Shown here piece by piece: positions 58,133 to 64,000 of a DNA stretch of 64,000 bases (the stretch's first letter is position 1; each line of letters opens with the position of its first letter). Location: assembly GCA_020184695.1 (NCBI GenBank), contig JAANOX010000199.1, positions 1 through 64,000 on the forward strand, written 5' to 3'. The translations under genes were made by a program, and so were the position numbers. This DNA is from Histomonas meleagridis 2922-C6/04-290x. Lineage: Eukaryota; Protista; Parabasalia. The notes beneath the pieces are model-generated. The model was not told where the DNA came from, did no database searches, and worked only from the letters and a program-made list of their open reading frames with translations.

Positions 58133-61100
58133 TTACGAAAAATTCGGAAAGTACGAACCAAAATTAAATGGTTTCCTTGCAGCTTTATAAGGATCGTTTT
58201 CTTCTTCTTCTTCTTCACCATTCATAATCATTCCAGGATAAACTTTTCTAAGTATTTCTTCGAGCAATTTTGAATTTTCTTCATTAATTTTCATTAACCT
58301 TTTCTTTCCCCATTGTTCTTTTATTCTTTGTTCGTCATATTCAATTCCTTTGATTTCTTTAAGCATATCAATAATTTCTTTTTTCTCAAATTCAGCTGCA
58401 TTGAGAATTGCCGAGAATCCATCATTATCTTTAGCATTGATATCAATCCCTTTTTGTTCAAGAAGTATTTTAACTGTTTCTGTATGACCATTTCTAGATG
58501 CTAACATAAGTGCTGTTTTAAATAATTTATATAATTTCCAAATATTATTTTGAAATATCAAATTATTAATATAAATATTAAATAAAACAAATAAATATCT
58601 TTAACATTAATGTCAACACCTTTTTGTTCAAGAAGGAATTTAACTATTTCTATATTACCATTAATAGATGCATATATAAGTGCTGTTTTAAATAATTTAT
58701 ATAATTTCCAAATAATATTTTGAAATATTAAATTATTAAAACAAATCTCAAATAAAGCAAATAAATATCTTTAACATTAATATCAACACCTTTTTGTTCA
58801 AGAAGGAATTTAATTATTTCTATATGACTATTCATAGATGCATATATAAGTGCTGTTTTAAATAATTTAAATAATTTCCAAATATTATTTTGAAATATTA
58901 AATTATTAAAATAAATACAAAATAAAACAAATAAATATTTTTAGTTTCAATACCAATTCCTTCTTGTTCAAGAAGTAATTTAACTATTTCTAAATAACCA
59001 TCTGAAGATGCTAAAATAAGTGCTGTTTGGAATAATTTAAATAATTTCCAAATATTATTTTGAAATATAATATCATTAAAATAAATTTTAAATAAAACAA
59101 ATGAATATTTTTAGCTTCAATATCAATTCCTTCTTGTTCAAGAAGTAATTTAACTATTTCTATATGACCATTTAGAGATGCTCTAATAAGTGCTGTATCA
59201 AATAATTTAAATAGTTCCCAAATATTATTATGAAATATCAAATTATAAAAATAAATATTAAACAAAATAAATAAATAGTTTTAGCATTAATATCAATTCC
59301 TTTTTGTTCAAGAAGTAATTTAACGATTTCTGTATGACCATTTTCAGATGCACATATTAGTGCTGTTTCAAAGTAATATATAAAACTCCAAGAAATAACA
59401 TATAACGCCAAATTATTATAATAAAAATCTACTTTAATAAATAAACATTCCCAAGATTAATATTAATATCTTTTCGTTCCAAAAGTAATTTAACTATTTC
59501 AACATTTCCAAACGAAGATTCACACATTAGTATTGTTGAAAATAAATTTAATATATTCCAAATTTATTTTTGATATATTAAATAATTAAATCATGCTTTA
59601 ATGAAAACATAAAAATATTTTGTACATTTATATCAGTTTTATCACATTCAATAAATAATTTAACAATTTCGGGTCTATTTTCCATAAATGCAATCAAAAT
59701 TGCAGGATAAATTATTATAAATAAATTCCAAATATTATTTCCAAATATTATTAAATAAAAATAAACATTTATCACATTAACATCAATATTATCTTTTTCA
59801 AGAAGTAATTTGACCATTTCACAACTACCATGTTTGACTGCTGACATAAGTATTGTCCAATATTATCAAAACACACATCAATTAAAAAATTGAGGCATTA
59901 AACTCTTTGAATAAAGTTCATGTTAAAAAAATGTATATCTTTGGTATTGACATCGATTCCTTCTTGTTCAAGAAGTATTTTTATAATTTCTTCGCGTTTA
60001 TTTTGAAATGCCATTTGAAGTGCTGTTCGAAATAATATGAATAATTTCCAAATATTATTTTGAAATATCAAATTATTAAAATAAATATCAAATAAAACAA
60101 ATGAATATCTTGAGCATTAATATCAATTCCTTCTTGTTCAAGAAGTAATTTAACTATTTCTGTATGACCATTTTCAGATGCATTCATAAGTGCTGTCCAA
60201 AATAATTTAAATAATTTCCAAATATTATTTTGAAATATAATATCATTAAAATAAATTTTAAATAAAACAAATGAATATTTTTAGCTTCAATATCAATTCC
60301 TTCTTGTTCAAGAAGTAATTTAACTATTTCTATATGACCATTTAGAGATGCTCTAATAAGTGCTGTATCAAATAATTTAAATAGTTCCCAAATATTATTA
60401 TGAAATATCAAATTATAAAAATAAATATTAAACAAAATAAATAAATAGTTTTAGCATTAATATCAATTCCTTCTTGTTCAAGAAGTAATTTAACGATTTC
60501 TGTATGACCTTTTTCAGATCCCCACATAAGTGCTGTATCAAATAATTTAAAAAATTTCCAAATATTATTTTGAAATATTAAAATATTAAAATAAATTCTA
60601 AATAAAACAAATAAATATCTTTAGCATTAATATCAATTCCTTTTTGGTCAAGAAGTAATTTAACAAAATCATATTGATTATTAATTATAGATTTTTGAAG
60701 TGCTGTACAAAATAATTTGAATAAATTCCACTAAATAAACTGGAAAAATATTAAATTTAACAAATATATATCTTTTTCATTGATATCAAAATTACAATGT
60801 TTAAAAATATAATTAATAAGTTCAAAATTTGCTGATGCGCAAGCATAGACCAAAGAATCTTTCGGGAATTCTTTTCCTTTAATAACATATTTTGCAAAAT
60901 ATATGTTGCCTTTTCTCAATGTTTCATGTACAATATCATTATTAATGATTAAACCATTTTCTTCTAGAAACAAAAATATTTCATAATTATTATGTTGAAT
61001 ACAGTTAATAGCTAACTCTGATAATCTATTTTGATGTTGTTCTTCTTCAGTTAATTGAAAATGTGCACCAAAAAAATAATTTTGTTTTGCTTTGTCAGGC

Positions 61101-61930
61101 TCAAGATAATTTTTCTTATAAATATATTGGAAAATGTCATTTCGATGAAATCGAATTGCTGCTTCACAGGAGCCTTTAAAAGTAGCATGATTTTGTTCAC
61201 ATAAATGAATGATTTCAATGTTTCCTCCTGCAACTGCATATTTACCTGCGTTTTCTATTTTAGAACCATTTATTAGTAAATATTTAAAACATTTAATTGA
61301 TCCAAAATATGCTGCATAATCAATTAATGAAATACCATTTAGATCAGTCATAAGTAAACATTTTTCATAATAAGTTGAATTAATTCTTTGATTAATATCA
61401 AAATTTGCATGTGTTGATATTTCTTGAAGTTTATCAATATCATCTTTTTGTAATATTAAAGTTATTATTGGTATATATACATATGCTATAGCATATAAAA
61501 AGTCCATTGGATTTAAATCATTGTTATATTTCATAATTTCTTCAAGATCATAATCTTTAATTGAAAGAAATAATTTCATATTAAGATTACTTCGTTTTTG
61601 CTCAATTATACCAGAATTTACAAGATCAGCATATAAATATTTTAATTCATTTGAATGAATACTGACATAATCTTTAAACATTTGGATAATTTCAGGATTT
61701 TTATTTAAAATTTTTTCTTCCTTATCTTCAATTAGTTTTAAGTAATTTAAATATATTTTGACATCCTTATATTGCACAGAATAAGCTGTGCAAATGTTTT
61801 GCGTTATGACGAGATTAAATGTCATAGGAAAATTCTGGTCAAAAAATTCAACTGTTGTTTGAGTCGATTCTTCAATATTATCAGATTCTAGTTCAAATAT
61901 AATTTGATGGATTGCTTGTAAAAACTTCAT
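58133..61930 (-). CDS. Ankyrin-repeat protein: ~390-aa N-terminal domain, then ankyrin repeats interrupted by 14 AT-rich spacers (60, 63 or 80 nt), then an uninterrupted terminal repeat
   Basis: 13 internal 90-nt stop-free blocks such as TALMWGSEKGHTEIVKLLLEQEGIDINAKT with a 170-nt period; last block TALMLASRNG...INAKDNDGFSAIL...FPNFS*. Expression as one protein is unproven. Confidence 0.75.
58517..60769 (-). other. Array of 14 position-specific intervening sequences
   Basis: Spacers: 60707-60769 (63), 60537-60616, 60367-60446, 60197-60276, 60027-60106, 59857-59936, 59707-59766 (60), 59537-59616, 59367-59446, 59197-59276, 59027-59106, 58857-58936, 58687-58766, 58517-58596; all others are 80 nt. 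Confidence 0.9.
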
Positions 61931-62385
61931 TTTTGATGAACTTTGTGTTTTTTTCGATTTTGGACAAATATATATTATACATAGCCATCGACCACTTTTT
62001 TAATTATTATTCATTCAAAAAGTCAATTGAGTTGAAGGTGACCGTTATCATTCTATACATTCTCAATTATTTAATAAAATAAAGTAGTCAATGTTAGTTT
62101 GGCAGAAAAGTGGAATACAAACAAAAGAAACTAGAAGATAAGAATATCATCATTTTAAACAGATTTTGCACATCAAAAATGAAAAAAATTTAACAATGCT
62201 CCATTGCGAGTCTATCTGAACGGTATCAAAGACATAAGAATTTGAAAATCACATTCATATGGTATATCATATCAGAAATTTTTGTTATTTCTCCTTAAAC
62301 ATTATTAATGATATGATAATATATTTAAATAGAGCAAATTCAATTTTTTAGTTTCATTTCAATGTTAAAAAAAATTATATGAAAA

Positions 62386-64000
62386 TTATTTTACTTTTGG
62401 AATACATGATCTTAATCCACTATCGATTACTTGTGCGTAAGGTGAATTTGGATACATTTGTAAATATTTCTGTGCAATTGATAAAATTTTTGGTTTTTCC
62501 AAAAACACTGCATTTACTTTCATTTGTTCTCCAATTACCAAAAACAATGCCATCGAAGCCAATTCCAGTTTTAATCTTTCTAACACCGTTCCAAGAGCTT
62601 TTGCAGTTAAGAAATCATCATTTAGATTCCAGTTCTGCAAATCATTTTCGAAGACTTCTATTAACACTTCTAACGAAGCCTTTTTTAATAATTCGCATTT
62701 TTGTAATTCATAATTTATATTTATATTAAAGTATTCGGCGAAATCAAACAATTGCAAAAAATGATTATGTTCAATCATTTTAGATATAAATGATTGATTA
62801 AATTCTTTTGTAAATATATCTTTTAATGAAAGAAGATCATCAAATATTTCAGGACTTGTATTTAATAAAACAAATTCTCGAATATTTGACGATAACTTCA
62901 TAAAAATCATTTTCCAATTTAATGGAATTTTACAAATTTTTATTTTATTTTCGTCTTGTGCAAGTGAAAAAGCTTTTTCAACAATATCTTTAAGAAGATT
63001 TTCATCACAATTCTCAATCATTCTTAATAAGTTATTATTGTTATTATGAAGTGCAGAAATAATAATAACCATTGATATGAATAATACATATTTTTCTTTA
63101 TCTTTCATCAATGTTGAAATACAAAACTCGAAAAATTCGGGAAATATATCATAAGGTATATCAACTAAAGGATAAGGAGCAAAAATTACTGACGTCAAAG
63201 GAAGTGTTTGAAATTTAAATTCTTTCGGTAACATTAATATTTCGATTCCATTGGAGAAATGAAAACAACCTTGAAATTCCGAAAGATAATTTTTCGTTAT
63301 AATAATATAACTATTATCTTTTTGTAAAAACAACATCGAAGGTTGATTAATTGAATAAATATATTTTATGTTCCTTTGATTAATCATTTTTTGTGGATAT
63401 GAACAAACATAACCGTCGAAAAAATGTAAAACAATTCCAAATATTGAACTAAGTAAAGCATTTTGGATTTGGCCATTAGCAGTTTGTGTTGTTATACTAT
63501 AAAAAAGATTATTTGTAACTTGATGAAAATCTTTTTCTTTTTGATGTTTCCGGAATTTTAATATCGAAAAACGTGTATGACATGAAACGATTATATCATT
63601 TTTATTCGAATTTATTTTATGAATAGAATGTGGAAATGGCATTGAATATATTTCATTAAGTTGGAAATCAAATATTTTCATTTGATATTCATCATTAGAA
63701 AATGTAAATACTAATAAATATTTCTTAATAAAATAAATACTTTTGATGACTTGTTTAATATCTTTGCTGATATAAGCTTCTTTTTGTTGCAAAACAATTG
63801 TACTAAGTGAAGAAATCGCATATAAATAATTACTGGAATTGTATTCTACAAATGAGATTGGATAAAAAGTACCATTATAATCGATAATGTTAGAATTACC
63901 AATTGGTATAACTTTAGATGATGTAAATGCATATTCTGTCCTCAAATGTGCAAGTTCAATAACACAAATTTGATTTTCTTTGTTAATAAAATAAACCCCA
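62386..64000 (-). CDS. Hypothetical protein, 5-prime end beyond the window (beta-rich N-half, helical C-half)
   Basis: The track start is a TTG and the frame stays open to position 64,000. Confidence 0.75.
   Translation of the reverse strand, partial: GVYFINKENQICVIELAHLRTEYAFTSSKVIPIGNSNIIDYNGTFYPISFVEYNSSNYLYAISSLSTIVLQQKEAYISKDIKQVIKSIYFIKKYLLVFTFSNDEYQMKIFDFQLNEIYSMPFPHSIHKINSNKNDIIVSCHTRFSILKFRKHQKEKDFHQVTNNLFYSITTQTANGQIQNALLSSIFGIVLHFFDGYVCSYPQKMINQRNIKYIYSINQPSMLFLQKDNSYIIITKNYLSEFQGCFHFSNGIEILMLPKEFKFQTLPLTSVIFAPYPLVDIPYDIFPEFFEFCISTLMKDKEKYVLFISMVIIISALHNNNNNLLRMIENCDENLLKDIVEKAFSLAQDENKIKICKIPLNWKMIFMKLSSNIREFVLLNTSPEIFDDLLSLKDIFTKEFNQSFISKMIEHNHFLQLFDFAEYFNININYELQKCELLKKASLEVLIEVFENDLQNWNLNDDFLTAKALGTVLERLKLELASMALFLVIGEQMKVNAVFLEKPKILSIAQKYLQMYPNSPYAQVIDSGLRSCIPKVK

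Noticed and set aside
58520-58560. AAATAAT/ATTATTT stem presenting TGGA in a loop within the spacers
   Set aside because: It is present in only some spacers and such stems are expected by chance in DNA that is about 90 percent AT; there is no covariation evidence.
58517-60769. Canonical GT-AG or U12 AT-AC introns as the explanation for the spacers
   Set aside because: Several spacers lack AG. GT(position 9) to ACAG removes 76 nt and AT to AC removes 84 nt, and both leave the frame shifted. There is no ATATCC 5-prime site or ACTAAC branch motif.
58517-60769. Sequencing indel errors as the cause of the broken ankyrin frame
   Set aside because: The interruptions are 60-99 nt long, position-specific and present at three loci, and neighbouring long ORFs are error-free.
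58500-60780. CRISPR-like or satellite interpretation of the 170-nt periodic array
   Set aside because: The conserved units translate as ankyrin repeats, the context is eukaryotic, and there are no cas genes.
15338-64000. tRNA, rRNA or snRNA genes
   Set aside because: No cloverleaf, T-loop or rRNA signature was recognised by eye; a tRNAscan-SE or Infernal run would be needed to exclude them.

Overview
AT-rich, gene-dense, essentially intron-free eukaryotic DNA. The gene families (tandem Myb R2R3, ankyrin arrays, Pmp-like beta-helix, bromodomains) and the Inr/M3/M5-like core promoters point to a parabasalid (trichomonad-like) genome; this is inferred, not database-confirmed. (1) Bases 1 to ~15,010 are a noisy, deletion-rich reverse-complement mirror of ~15,350-33,800, gene for gene. 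This is most likely a long-read fold-back artefact, so its ORFs are not treated as genes. (2) Bases 15,338-64,000 hold about 30 genes: three karyopherins, uS10/RPS20, Rpn6, Med10, SF3A2, CCZ1-like, Asterix-like, RNF212/Zip3-like, two Myb, two bromodomain proteins, an alpha/beta hydrolase, a catalytically eroded pyrophosphatase, a macro/PARG-like enzyme, a Pmp-like surface protein and a transposase fragment. The main discovery candidate is in three separate ankyrin loci (29.7-30.8 kb, 34.6-34.9 kb, 58.1-61.9 kb). Their repeats are interrupted at the same loop position (between INAKD and TAL) by AT-rich spacers. Counted by hand, 13 of 18 measurable spacers are exactly 80 nt; the lengths cluster near multiples of 20 nt, a TGG(A/G) motif sits exactly 24 nt before the Thr codon in most, and no GT-AG or AT-AC pair I checked restores the frame. 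The 87-90 nt coding blocks between spacers are stop-free. This suggests an uncharacterised non-canonical intron or recoding mechanism. RNA and peptide data are needed to separate that from a propagated pseudogene lesion.
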